A stretch of 64,000 nt of DNA, taken from sequence record PP712906.1. One strand, 5' to 3'. Below, piece after piece: positions 35,399-44,911 of this stretch (the stretch's first letter is position 1; each line of letters starts with the position of its first letter). The position numbers and the translations under genes are program-made. The notes beneath the pieces were generated by a model, which saw only the letters and a list, made by a program, of their open reading frames with translations, was not told the DNA's origin and did not search any database.

Positions 35399-38300
35399 TT
35401 AAATTGCGTGACCGAATGTGAACTCCAGCACGCCTTGATTGTTTGTTGACATTCTTACAGAGCCAACTTGAATGTAGTCTCTGTATTTAACGTTGTCACC
35501 AGTACCGCCATCTGGCGTGAACAAGTCAATTCGCTCAGATAGAGTCTTACCTGCACCAGCCGATAGAGCTTGGTGTGGGTCTGAAGCATTCACTGGGTCT
35601 GCTGTACGTACATCACTTGTTACTTGAACAATACCCGGGTTCGTACGACTTGACTTGATTAGTCGGTCGTTCGAGATCGTACCGCTCGTGATGTTCTCAC
35701 CTGAGTGATTGTGACTATTGTCGTTAACTTGCACGTTTGTAGAAACGTTTCCGCTTCCGTCAATTGTGAAGTTACCAGTCAAGTCGCCAGTGAACGTCAC
35801 TGTACGCGCTGTAACCCACTTCTCAGCCGCTTTTGCTACGTTATTGATACCCAAGTACTTCTGACGAAGTGTACCTGCTGCTGGGCTTGAATAAGTCCCG
35901 TATGTTGCATCAACGTTTGCGCTTGATTCGTTTTCAGTAACTGTGCTACCGAAAGTCGCACCACTTGCTTGTGTAGTATAACCAGACGAATTAACTTGCC
36001 AGCGAACAAAATCAGCCGCGCCTTGAATCGAGAACGTAGCAGTTGATGAAGCACCGCTTCCCCCGACGCGAATGCGGGGAGCAGAATCAAACCAATCTAG
36101 CTTAACAATATCACCAGTCGGTGCATTCTGTACTTGAAGCCAGCCACCTGCATTAATTTCGACGTTTTTAGCATTGAACGTATAAGTTCCGTTGATCGTT
36201 TGATTAATATCACGACGAGCAAACTGAGTACTGTCTAAACCATCTAGCAATTCTGAGTCATCAGCCTTTGCATTCAATGGCAAGTAGTTGCGCAATGCAT
36301 AATGCAAGCTGTACGGCGTAACTGCATACGGTGTACGCAAGTAAGCTGTATATGCTTGAGTTGAACCGTCAGTGCTGTTACCAACGAATGTTTCTGCTGG
36401 CGTAGCTAGACGAACAACACCGAAGCGTGTTTCATCAGAACGTGAATTCGTAGAAGTACGAGTCCAACGAAGCAAGTCTTTTGGCGATACGTAAACTGGT
36501 GTGTTATCAACGCCACCGATTGTCGCAGTGTCAATTTCAGCATTTGTTGCACGACGTGCAAGACCGTATTGTGTTTCAGTGGCACGACGGCGATCAAGTG
36601 TCAATGGTGTGACAATTTTATCGGCTGCTGCTGCTGTGCCGTCCCAAGACGTACCGTTCCACGTTTGCTGAACTTTAGCTTCTGTTTCAGTCGCTGTTTC
36701 TAGAGTACCGCGTTGCGTTGTTGTTGCAAGTGCGATTTCTAGATTGATGCCGTTCCAAATGTCACCTGTATGTGAGATACCCGATACGCCGTAACCGGCG
36801 CCTTGAGCAACCCCATCACTAGTAAAGTGATCGTATGCAAGCCATGTTGCAACTTTCAGAGGCGTAACGATACGTGTATCATCAGTCCCTGCGTCAACTT
36901 CTACTTGAGTTGCAATCTCAGCTACGCCTCGACGAGATTCAGTCGCTGTACGACTGTTTAATGTCTCGGGTGTAACGAAAACAGTTGTCCATGCTTCACC
37001 TGTTCCGCTGATTGCGTTTGTTTCAGCTTGGGTTGCCGAACGTGCAATACCGCGAATTGTAGAGCTTGCTTTCCACGCTGCTAATTTCTTAGGCGTGATG
37101 ATTGCATCATCAACTGTTGAGTCGTTTACACGAAGCTCAGTGCTCTTAGCAACCCATAGAGTACCCGGTTGGTTCTCAGTAGCTCGATATTCATCAAGCA
37201 TTTTCGGAGTTACAATGCGAAGATGATCAGTTTTGTCATATACAGTATCAACAACACCGTTAACTGTTCTATCAGAACGCATATTTGCAGTAGAAGCTAC
37301 TGTGCCATTAGCGTTAATGTTGTTTGACGCCTTGACAAGTTCTGCAACGCCTGTTAAATTCTCTTCCGCTTGCGCAGCATGAAACTTCTTAGGCGTGATC
37401 ACTTGCACATCGTTAGTTGTGCTACGTGTTTCAGTCTGTGTCGCAATTTCAACAACACCGCGACGTGTTTCAGTTGCTGTACGAGCGTTCAAGCTTCTCG
37501 GCGTGATCATGATGTCATGACGGAATGCACTATCTGGGTAGCGAACTAACGCGCCAGAACGTGATTCTTCAAGTGCTTCATCAACACCAAGAGTCGCGAT
37601 ACGAGCCATACCGACTTGATCTTCGGCTGCACGACGTGCATCTAAAGTTTCAACGGTAATTACGTGATCTTTCAACGGACTCTGATCAGCCCATGGTTTT
37701 GCAACATCTTCTGGATGTGCATATTCAATGCCGTGAGCTAGAGCCTCAGTTGGGTCAGCTAGTGGCACGATACCCGGACGTTTGCGGTGAAGTTCATCTG
37801 CAATGTCGATACGAGTTGCAATGTTACCGAATGACCATACTTTACGAGTTCCGTCATAGTACAGTACGAATGAGTAACCGCTGTCATAGTCGCTAATATC
37901 GAACGATTCTACGAAGAATGGAACGAAATCGACGTAATGACGATATTTTTGATAACGGTAAGTCTCGAAGTCCAAGAATACTTTGTATTCATCTGGGCCG
38001 TGACCTGGGTCATCATCGCCAAAATTCGGGTGAACTTGAACTGTTACAGGTTTGTGCGCAGTCTTGTTGTGTGAAATCTCGATCCAGTCACCATCAACTG
38101 GTTTTTCTGGTAGCGTGATTGTCATTGCACTAACTGCATCAGCGATTTCAATCGCGTAACGAGTACGTGGTTTTAGCGTAACTGCACTTGATTCACCCAC
38201 ATAGTTCCACAAATGCGGGTTGTTCGCAATAGTGACAACCCAAACGCCAGTGCCGTTGTCATCAATAAACGTGATGTCAGCTCCACCTATTGTGTCTAAG

Positions 38301-39169
38301 CTGATTACTGCACTGCGATCACCTGAAACAGGGTCTTGAACAACCTGACCTACTGCTGTTGGTCGAACGCCGATTTGAATTGTCGTTTGACTTTCAAGAT
38401 ATGCAACATCTTTAAGATGAATTGTATCGCCCACGTTCGGGTGTAGCGGTAGAGAGATCGCGATTGTTTTTACTGAACCTTCGTATGTGACAGTTTCACC
38501 TACGTTCGTAAAGTAACCACCAGTAGTTAGATAGCCACCTTGTTGACTTGGATGGCTGTCATCTAGGTACGTGTGGTATAGTTGCTGTTCAATTTGATAC
38601 GTCCATGCAATCCCGTTGTACACAAGATAAATTGTACTGTTCGGGCGATTGAATGATAGACTTGCATCAGATTGAATTCCGCCATTAATGCCATACGACT
38701 GGATAGTTAGACCGCCTGCTGCTGCAATCGTACATGGGTAAGTCGATAGAATACCGCGCCCATCTTTGATTGTAACAGTATCGCCGGTTAATGGCGTTTC
38801 TGGTAGTGTAATTGTAATTGCTGAACTAGCTGTCAACAATAAGAAGTCACCTACGTTTGCACCAACTGAAGAATCTGTATCTTCCCACTCTGGGTCGGTA
38901 CGCATCTTCTTCCACTTCTGTGGGTCAAATGGTTCGGGCGCGGTGATTTCAATGATGTTTTTGTAGAGACGTTGGTTAAATTCAACGATGAAATCTACTT
39001 TGTAGTGCGCTCGTGATGGATCATACTCTTGAACAGTGTTTTCATCAATGAAGTAGCCTTGGTTAATACCGTCGAGCAATTCATCTACTCGTGGGTTTGC
39101 TACGTTAATTACATTTTGACCACTTGCATCAAGACCTGACGCACGAAATGCTCTGCGGAATTCCGACAT
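35399..39169 (-). CDS. 34: Long tail fibre proximal subunit gp34 (1256 aa)
   Basis: MSEFRRAFRASGLDASGQNVINVA as in T4 gp34, many ATETRRGVVEIATQ.E / IVTP.TL repeats. Start after AGGAG, not the track start at 39271. Confidence 0.95.
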   Translation of the reverse strand: MSEFRRAFRASGLDASGQNVINVANPRVDELLDGINQGYFIDENTVQEYDPSRAHYKVDFIVEFNQRLYKNIIEITAPEPFDPQKWKKMRTDPEWEDTDSSVGANVGDFLLLTASSAITITLPETPLTGDTVTIKDGRGILSTYPCTIAAAGGLTIQSYGINGGIQSDASLSFNRPNSTIYLVYNGIAWTYQIEQQLYHTYLDDSHPSQQGGYLTTGGYFTNVGETVTYEGSVKTIAISLPLHPNVGDTIHLKDVAYLESQTTIQIGVRPTAVGQVVQDPVSGDRSAVISLDTIGGADITFIDDNGTGVWVVTIANNPHLWNYVGESSAVTLKPRTRYAIEIADAVSAMTITLPEKPVDGDWIEISHNKTAHKPVTVQVHPNFGDDDPGHGPDEYKVFLDFETYRYQKYRHYVDFVPFFVESFDISDYDSGYSFVLYYDGTRKVWSFGNIATRIDIADELHRKRPGIVPLADPTEALAHGIEYAHPEDVAKPWADQSPLKDHVITVETLDARRAAEDQVGMARIATLGVDEALEESRSGALVRYPDSAFRHDIMITPRSLNARTATETRRGVVEIATQTETRSTTNDVQVITPKKFHAAQAEENLTGVAELVKASNNINANGTVASTANMRSDRTVNGVVDTVYDKTDHLRIVTPKMLDEYRATENQPGTLWVAKSTELRVNDSTVDDAIITPKKLAAWKASSTIRGIARSATQAETNAISGTGEAWTTVFVTPETLNSRTATESRRGVAEIATQVEVDAGTDDTRIVTPLKVATWLAYDHFTSDGVAQGAGYGVSGISHTGDIWNGINLEIALATTTQRGTLETATETEAKVQQTWNGTSWDGTAAAADKIVTPLTLDRRRATETQYGLARRATNAEIDTATIGGVDNTPVYVSPKDLLRWTRTSTNSRSDETRFGVVRLATPAETFVGNSTDGSTQAYTAYLRTPYAVTPYSLHYALRNYLPLNAKADDSELLDGLDSTQFARRDINQTINGTYTFNAKNVEINAGGWLQVQNAPTGDIVKLDWFDSAPRIRVGGSGASSTATFSIQGAADFVRWQVNSSGYTTQASGATFGSTVTENESSANVDATYGTYSSPAAGTLRQKYLGINNVAKAAEKWVTARTVTFTGDLTGNFTIDGSGNVSTNVQVNDNSHNHSGENITSGTISNDRLIKSSRTNPGIVQVTSDVRTADPVNASDPHQALSAGAGKTLSERIDLFTPDGGTGDNVKYRDYIQVGSVRMSTNNQGVLEFTFGHAI

Positions 39170-39184
39170 TTCATTGCTCCTTTG

Positions 39185-39217
39185 TTTAGATATGCAATTC
39201 GCTATGTTATATTTAGA
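39185..39217. promoter_or_regulatory. Overlapping divergent promoters: GTTTAGA-17-TATATT (+, rnh) and late TCTAAATA (-, 39210-39217, gene 34)
   Basis: TTTAGA 39185-39190, TG-n extended -10, TATATT 39208-39213. TATTTAGA 39210-39217. Confidence 0.65.
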
Positions 39218-39248
39218 CACACGATATACACATATAGGAAACGGTAAC

Positions 39249-40181
39249 ATGAGTTTAGAGGGTTTCTTCAAACGAAAGACAAAATCGTTTGACGGATTGC
39301 CAGCGGGGGTTAATCTCGTTGACTTCAGTCAGATTGTTTTGAGTACAATCATGGCGACATACAAGCCAACTGACTTGCTTACAGTCGATTTGATTCGGCA
39401 TATCGTTTTGAACACGCTACGAAGTAACGTGCTTAAAAACAAGATTAAATATCCACGCATCATCTTGTGTATTGATAACGGCAAAGGCGGTTATTGGCGC
39501 AAGAAAGAGGCATGGTATTACAAATTCAAGCGTAGTGAACAGCGTGACGAATCTGGTTGGGATTTTGAGACTATTTTCGATGCAATGGCACAAATCAAAG
39601 ACGAAATAAAGCAGAATATGCCGTATTACGTCATGGACATTGAAGGCGTTGAAGCCGATGATCATATTGGTGTGCTGACTAATTACTACGTGAGCAAAAA
39701 CGTACCAGTTTTGATTACTTCTTCGGATGGCGACTTTACTCAGTTGCACACAAGCAAACTTGTAAGTCAATGGTCACCTATTCAGAAGAAGTGGGTCAAG
39801 CCAAAACATGGTTCGCCAGAAATGGACATCATGTACAAGTGCATCAAAGGCGATAAGAAAGACGGAATAGCTCCGTTGAAAGCGCCGAGCGATCACTACA
39901 CGCATGGCGATGGTCGACGAGCGCCTTCTGTTCGCAAAGAAGAGCTTCGCACGCTCATGACATCAACGCCAGAAGAGCTTAAAAAGCTTTTAACCGACGA
40001 GCAGTACGCTCGTTATGAAGAAAACAGAAAATTGTTAGATTTTGCGTTTATCCCTGAACATATCAGTGATAGTATTATCGAACAGTTTGAAACGCAAAAG
40101 CCTGCTCCTCGCAGTAAAATCATGATGTATTTCGCTTCTAAGAAGTTAGATAAGCTGATTGAGAGCATGAGCGAATTTTAA
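39249..40181 (+). CDS. rnh: T4-type RNase H (5'-3' flap exonuclease)
   Basis: LVDFSQI, ILCIDNG...YWRK...YYKFKR, EGVEADDHIG, SSDGDFTQL, IKGDKKDGIA. Confidence 0.95.
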   Translation: MSLEGFFKRKTKSFDGLPAGVNLVDFSQIVLSTIMATYKPTDLLTVDLIRHIVLNTLRSNVLKNKIKYPRIILCIDNGKGGYWRKKEAWYYKFKRSEQRDESGWDFETIFDAMAQIKDEIKQNMPYYVMDIEGVEADDHIGVLTNYYVSKNVPVLITSSDGDFTQLHTSKLVSQWSPIQKKWVKPKHGSPEMDIMYKCIKGDKKDGIAPLKAPSDHYTHGDGRRAPSVRKEELRTLMTSTPEELKKLLTDEQYARYEENRKLLDFAFIPEHISDSIIEQFETQKPAPRSKIMMYFASKKLDKLIESMSEF

Positions 40182-40189
40182 AAAAAGTG

Positions 40190-40227
40190 TTTAGAACGAA
40201 ACGTGCTGCTGTATAATGAGCAGCACG
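40190..40227 (+). promoter_or_regulatory. sigma70-type promoter for dsbA-33-59, with the -10 box in the loop of a 9-bp inverted repeat
   Basis: GTTTAGA, 16 nt, TATAAT (40212-40217), flanked by CGTGCTGCT and AGCAGCACG. Confidence 0.7.
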
Positions 40228-40263
40228 AAACAACGACATTGAACAAAACATATTGAGGTAACG

Positions 40264-40536
40264 ATGGACATTCTTGAATACGAAACAATTTCAACTCCGC
40301 AAGACAAGCAAGAAGTGGTTAACATGGTTAAGGAAGCTTCTGCATCTTTGTTGCGTATTGATTCTGAGCGCGATCTTATCAAAGACATTGCAAACCGCGC
40401 AAAAGAAGAATTTGAGATCAAGCCTGCTGATTTCAATAAAGTTGTGAAAATGTATCACAAGCAAAACCGCCAAGAAGAACAGGCGAAGTACGAGAAGATC
40501 GACAATCTATACGAGAAGCTATTTGATGAAGAGTGA
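40264..40536 (+). CDS. dsbA: dsDNA-binding protein DsbA
   Basis: VKEASASLLRID..RDLIKDI..RAKEEFEIKPADFNKVVKMYHKQ. Synteny rnh-dsbA-33. Confidence 0.88.
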   Translation: MDILEYETISTPQDKQEVVNMVKEASASLLRIDSERDLIKDIANRAKEEFEIKPADFNKVVKMYHKQNRQEEQAKYEKIDNLYEKLFDEE

Positions 40537-40819
40537 AGACTACGTTCTTAAAGAAGAGCTTGGTGATTTAGTGCCACCTATTAAAGGTAGCCTTAGACAG
40601 CAAATCTCTCTAGAAATTGAAGAGATTTACAATAGCTGTCCCGCCATGACCTATCTTGAAGCGTGTTTATTCTTTATTGAGCAATACGATTACGACATTA
40701 GTCGCTTCCCGTATCTGATTAATCAGACGTTGCGAGACAAAATTGAGACTGAGGCGATAAATGAAAAGACTATTAGAAGTCGATTTGGTTCTGCCTCGGA
40801 CTTGGGTCAATGGGTATAG
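40526..40819 (+). CDS. 33: Late transcription co-activator gp33
   Basis: MTYLEAC..FIE...LRDKIETEAINEKTIR matches gp33 MSYLEA..FLE...IEKIQSEAIDENLLR. Confidence 0.85.
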   Translation: MKSEDYVLKEELGDLVPPIKGSLRQQISLEIEEIYNSCPAMTYLEACLFFIEQYDYDISRFPYLINQTLRDKIETEAINEKTIRSRFGSASDLGQWV

Positions 40820-41411
40820 CGTATTTCGCGTCTATTGCGCTGTCAAAGCGCATATGGGTGGCAAGTACGACATCTCCAAGTACAAACTCGGGATGAAAAC
40901 ACCTAGATCTGCGTTCGAGAAGCGTTCAGATAAGGTGTTTTTTGAACGGCTAGCCAAACGGCTAACACTGAACGATTGCTATCAGTTGCTTGTTAGCAAC
41001 TTAGCAGCTAACCCGAACGCTATCTCATACGAGATAGCGGGTGCTGACGCTCATGAATTCTGGTTGAAACATACGGGATTTTTGGAAATTTACAGTCAAC
41101 ACTACAAAAACGAGTTACTTTCGATTTTTACTCTTATAAATAAAGAGAATAAAAAATTCAAAGATTTGTTTAGAGGCGAAGGGCATCCAGTTATAATGCA
41201 ACTCGTATTACGAAACACTATCTCGATTGAGACGTTCGTAATTCTGAATAGACTTTTGAACTTCGTCCCTGTAATCGACAAGACATACAGTGATGACATT
41301 TTCTGGCACGAGTTCAAGACGCGAGCTTTAGCATACGATAAGTTGCTGAAAATCGACGAAGAACTTGCGAAGGAATTGTTTATTCAAGTAAAAAATCAAA
41401 GTAAAATATAA
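40761..41411 (+). CDS. 59: Helicase loader gp59
   Basis: NGYSVFRVYCAVKAHMGGKYDISKY...FEKRSDKVFFERL...ISIETFVILN. Confidence 0.92.
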   Translation: MKRLLEVDLVLPRTWVNGYSVFRVYCAVKAHMGGKYDISKYKLGMKTPRSAFEKRSDKVFFERLAKRLTLNDCYQLLVSNLAANPNAISYEIAGADAHEFWLKHTGFLEIYSQHYKNELLSIFTLINKENKKFKDLFRGEGHPVIMQLVLRNTISIETFVILNRLLNFVPVIDKTYSDDIFWHEFKTRALAYDKLLKIDEELAKELFIQVKNQSKI

Positions 41412-41461
41412 AACACAATACGATACAATATCATACTATACAATACAAGGTAATATACAAT

Positions 41462-42373
41462 ATGTCTATGTTCAAACGCAAATCTCCAGCACAACTTCAA
41501 GAAAAACTAGAAAAAATGTCAAGCAAAAAGTCATTTGACAACGCTGACGAGTGGAAACTAACCACTGATAAACTAGGTAACGGTTCTGCGGTGATTCGCT
41601 TCCTTCCTGCAAAAGGCGAAGACGACCTACCATTCGTAAAAATCTTCACTCACGGTTTCAAAGAAAACGGCAACTGGTTCATCGAAAACTGTCCATCGAC
41701 TATCGATCTTCCTTGTCCATGCTGTGCAGCTAACGGCGAGCTTTGGAAAACTGAGAACGAAGACAATCAAAACATTGCGCGTAAACGCAAGCGTACTCTT
41801 TCATACTGGGCTAACATCGTTGTAATCAAAGATGACGCAGCGCCAGAAAATGAAGGCAAAGTTTTCAAATACCGCTTCGGTAAGAAAATTCTTGACAAGA
41901 TCACTCAAGCTGCTCAAGCAGACGAAGATCTAGGTGTACCGGGCATGGACGTGACTTGTGTATTCGACGGTGCTAACTTCAGCTTGAAAGCTAAGAAAGT
42001 ATCTGGGTTCCCTAACTACGACGACTCTAAATTCGGCCCAAGCACTGAGCTATACGGCGGTGACGAAGCTAAACTTAAAGAAGTTTGGGATGCAATGCAC
42101 GATCTGAACGCAATCATTGCGCCTTCAGCTTTCAAATCAGAAGCTGAACTACAGAAACGCTTCTTGCAAGTAACTGGTGCGGCTCAGCCAAAAGCATCGG
42201 CTGCTCAGAATCTTGAAGCGCAACTGAACACTTCTGCACCTGCTCAAGCAAATGCTCCAAAAGCGGCTGCTAAGCCAGCGGCATCAGTAGACGTTGATCC
42301 AGAGCCAGTAACTGACTCTGTTGACGACGAGCTAGACGCACTGCTTGCTGACCTAGAGCTAGGCGACGATTAA
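41462..42373 (+). CDS. 32: ssDNA-binding protein gp32
   Basis: MFKRKS, EWKL..DK.GNGSAVIRFLP, HGFKENGNWFIENCPST..CPCC, acidic tail DDELDALLADL. Confidence 0.97.
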   Translation: MSMFKRKSPAQLQEKLEKMSSKKSFDNADEWKLTTDKLGNGSAVIRFLPAKGEDDLPFVKIFTHGFKENGNWFIENCPSTIDLPCPCCAANGELWKTENEDNQNIARKRKRTLSYWANIVVIKDDAAPENEGKVFKYRFGKKILDKITQAAQADEDLGVPGMDVTCVFDGANFSLKAKKVSGFPNYDDSKFGPSTELYGGDEAKLKEVWDAMHDLNAIIAPSAFKSEAELQKRFLQVTGAAQPKASAAQNLEAQLNTSAPAQANAPKAAAKPAASVDVDPEPVTDSVDDELDALLADLELGDD

Positions 42374-42380
42374 TGAATGG

Positions 42381-42405
42381 AAAGGGGCTGTTAAGCCCCT
42401 TTGTT
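42381..42405 (+). terminator. Terminator after gene 32
   Basis: AAAGGGGCT-GTTA-AGCCCCTTTGTT. Confidence 0.75.
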
Positions 42406-42423
42406 CTCTCTATAGGAGATTAA

Positions 42424-42969
42424 ATGAAAGTTCAAATCGTTTTTGCACATGCTATGAGCAAATCACCACATGCCCCTTTTGGCAATCAAAACGCACTCCC
42501 TTGGAAACACAATAAAGAAGACTTAGTACGATTTAAAGCCGCGACAATGAATAGCGTGCTTGTAATGGGTTCTAAGACGTTTGAATCACTACCGGGTAAG
42601 TTGCCCCATCGTCCTCACATTGTGCTTAGTAGCAGCGATACAGCGACGGCTAGAAATGGTCAGCGTGCCGATGTTTACTGTTCGTGTGACGACTTCGGAG
42701 CGTTAATTAAGAACATCGAAAATGTTTATCTTATCGAAGGCTTTGATAAAATAAGTGTTATCGGTGGCCCTAGTGTTATCGAGTCTGCATTACCTTTTGC
42801 AGACTGCATATATAAAACTACAATCGTTGAAGAAATTGAATCGTACGACGTTACAATTGATTTGACTAAAATATTCTGGCATTTCCCTCACAGAGTGGAA
42901 TCGGAGGTCGTTGAATGTCAAAATGGCTCAACGATTTTCATTGAAAAGTTAACAAAGGGTGACTTATGA
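42424..42969 (+). CDS. frd: Dihydrofolate reductase
   Basis: FGNQNALPWKH.KEDLVRFK..T...VLVMGSKTFESLPGKLPHR, VIGGPSV. Confidence 0.93.
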   Translation: MKVQIVFAHAMSKSPHAPFGNQNALPWKHNKEDLVRFKAATMNSVLVMGSKTFESLPGKLPHRPHIVLSSSDTATARNGQRADVYCSCDDFGALIKNIENVYLIEGFDKISVIGGPSVIESALPFADCIYKTTIVEEIESYDVTIDLTKIFWHFPHRVESEVVECQNGSTIFIEKLTKGDL

Positions 42970-43685
42970 TTTTTAAGAACAACATTGGATGGTATGCAGG
43001 GGCAGGTTCTGTACGTCATGATTTCTACATCAACGGCCCGATTGAAGAGCCAAGCGATTATGAAGAAATGCTTCAGATTCTACATACCGCGTCTGAAACG
43101 GACTTGGTTTACTTGCACTTGAACACACCTGGCGGTAACTTTGCTGCTGCTTGTCAAATCTGTGATGCAATCATGCAATCCAAAGCGGGCGCGGTTATTG
43201 CGTGCGCTGAAGGCGAAGTATGTAGCGCAGGTACTATGATTTTCCTTGCTTGTAACGGCTGGCACGTATCGCCATTTGCAACGTTTATGTTCCACACATC
43301 TAGCGGTGGTCAAATCGGTAAAATGCCTGACACGTTGAAACAAGCTAAGGCACATGAAGAGCATCTTAACCGCGTTTGTGGTTTGCTTTACGAGCCGTTC
43401 TTCGATGCTGACGAAATCGACGAGATCATCAACCATAACCAAGACTTGTGGTTGACGCCAGACGAAGTTACTGAGCGTCTACAGCTTATGTCTAAGAAAT
43501 TTGAATCAGACATGAAAGAAGCTGAAGAAAAAATTGCTGGTGACATCGAAGCTCAATTAGAAGAGCAAATTGCCGAGCGTGTTGCTGAAGAGCTTCGCAA
43601 GCTGAAAGAAGATCCTGACGACGAAGAAGTTGAAGAGATTGAAGAAAAGCCGAAGCGCAAACGCAAAACTGCGAAAAAAGCCTAG
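42966..43685 (+). CDS. ClpP-family serine protease subunit (239 aa)
   Basis: YINGPI, LHLNTPGG, VCSAGTMIFLA (Ser), FMFH (His), QDLWLTPDE (Asp). Confidence 0.8.
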   Translation: MIFKNNIGWYAGAGSVRHDFYINGPIEEPSDYEEMLQILHTASETDLVYLHLNTPGGNFAAACQICDAIMQSKAGAVIACAEGEVCSAGTMIFLACNGWHVSPFATFMFHTSSGGQIGKMPDTLKQAKAHEEHLNRVCGLLYEPFFDADEIDEIINHNQDLWLTPDEVTERLQLMSKKFESDMKEAEEKIAGDIEAQLEEQIAERVAEELRKLKEDPDDEEVEEIEEKPKRKRKTAKKA

Positions 43686-43705
43686 TTTAGTTTCTGTTGT
43701 AATTT

Positions 43706-43734
43706 AAGGGGTGGCAATTTGCTGCTCCTTTCTT
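43706..43734 (+). terminator. Probable terminator (G.U-rich stem)
   Basis: AAGGGGTGGCAA-T-TTGCTGCTCCTT-TCTT. Confidence 0.6.
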
Positions 43735-43751
43735 AGTTAAAAGGTAAAATA

Positions 43752-44852
43752 ATGTCAGATTTAATGAAATCACTGAAAAAGTCGAGCACTTCTGGTTACG
43801 CGCAAGTTCTTTCTGAAAGCCAGTTTATGTTTGACAAAGACCACACTCGTACGTATGTACCTGCGATTAACATTGCATTCAGTGGTGAAGTAGATGGTGG
43901 CTTGACTTCAGGGTTAACTGTTCTAGCGGGTCCATCTAAGCACTTTAAATCAAACTTAGGTCTAGTCGCCGTCGCTGCTTATCTGAAGAAGTACCCAGAC
44001 GCAGTTTGTGTGTTCATTGATACAGAATTCGGTATTACACCGTCATATTTGCGTTCTCAAGGGGTTGACCCAGACCGTGTTCTTCATATACAATGTGAGA
44101 GCGTTGAGCGTATGAAGTTTGAAATGGCTAATCAGCTTAAAGATCTTGCAGAGCGTAAGCGTGCGAAGAAAGCGGGTGAAGAGCCAGACCGCGTTATCTT
44201 CTTCATTGACTCGGTTGGTAACGTAGCATCAGCAAAAGAAATCGACGACGCTCAAAACGAGAAGTCGGTTGCTGATATGTCACGTGCGAAACAGTTGAAA
44301 TCACTGTTCCGTATCATCACGCCGTATTTCACAATGCTAGACATTCCTTGTATTGCGATCAACCACACGTATCAGACACAAGAAATCTACTCAAAAACTG
44401 TCATGTCTGGTGGTACGGGTATCATGTATTCTGCTGATACGGTAATCATTCTTGGTAAGCAACAAGAAAAAGACGGCAAAGACATCATCGGTTATCACTT
44501 CATCATGAACATCGAGAAATCGCGTTTCGTGAAAGAGAAAATGAAAGTTCCGTTGACTGTTACATACGAAAACGGTATCGACCCGTTCTCTGGTCTTCTT
44601 GACATTGCTCTTCAGACTGGTCACGTTGTTAAGCCGTCTAACGGATGGTATCAGCGTGCGACTGTTGACGAAGAAACTGGTGAAATGATCGTCGAAGAAA
44701 AGAAATATCGCGCAAAAGAAACGCAGACTATTTCTTTCTGGAAAGACATCATCAATTCGCCTACGTTCAAAGAAGGCGTCAAGCGCATTTACTGCCTCGG
44801 TCAATTAGACGAATCTGAACTATTCGGCGAAGTTGACAGCCTATTCGACTAA
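43752..44852 (+). CDS. uvsX: RecA-like recombinase UvsX
   Basis: INIAFSGEVDGGL, AGPSKHFKS Walker A, DTEFG, IDSVGN, VADMSRAK, SGGTG, IEKSRFVKEK. Confidence 0.97.
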   Translation: MSDLMKSLKKSSTSGYAQVLSESQFMFDKDHTRTYVPAINIAFSGEVDGGLTSGLTVLAGPSKHFKSNLGLVAVAAYLKKYPDAVCVFIDTEFGITPSYLRSQGVDPDRVLHIQCESVERMKFEMANQLKDLAERKRAKKAGEEPDRVIFFIDSVGNVASAKEIDDAQNEKSVADMSRAKQLKSLFRIITPYFTMLDIPCIAINHTYQTQEIYSKTVMSGGTGIMYSADTVIILGKQQEKDGKDIIGYHFIMNIEKSRFVKEKMKVPLTVTYENGIDPFSGLLDIALQTGHVVKPSNGWYQRATVDEETGEMIVEEKKYRAKETQTISFWKDIINSPTFKEGVKRIYCLGQLDESELFGEVDSLFD

Positions 44853-44860
44853 TACCCACG

Positions 44861-44889
44861 AGACCCGTTGATTTGTCAGCGGGTCTTTT
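44861..44889 (+). terminator. Terminator after uvsX
   Basis: AGACCCGTTGA-TTTG-TCAGCGGGTCT-TTT. Confidence 0.7.
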
Positions 44890-44911
44890 AGCCATTTGAG
44901 GACGCCAAATT

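Noticed and set aside
35399-39169. Repeats in gp34, gp12 and Wac
   Set aside because: Ordinary fibre and coiled-coil repeats expected for these proteins.
39170-39271. Track N-terminal extensions of gp34 and rnh
   Set aside because: They overlap each other across the promoter region. Homology and ribosome-binding sites give 39169 and 39249.
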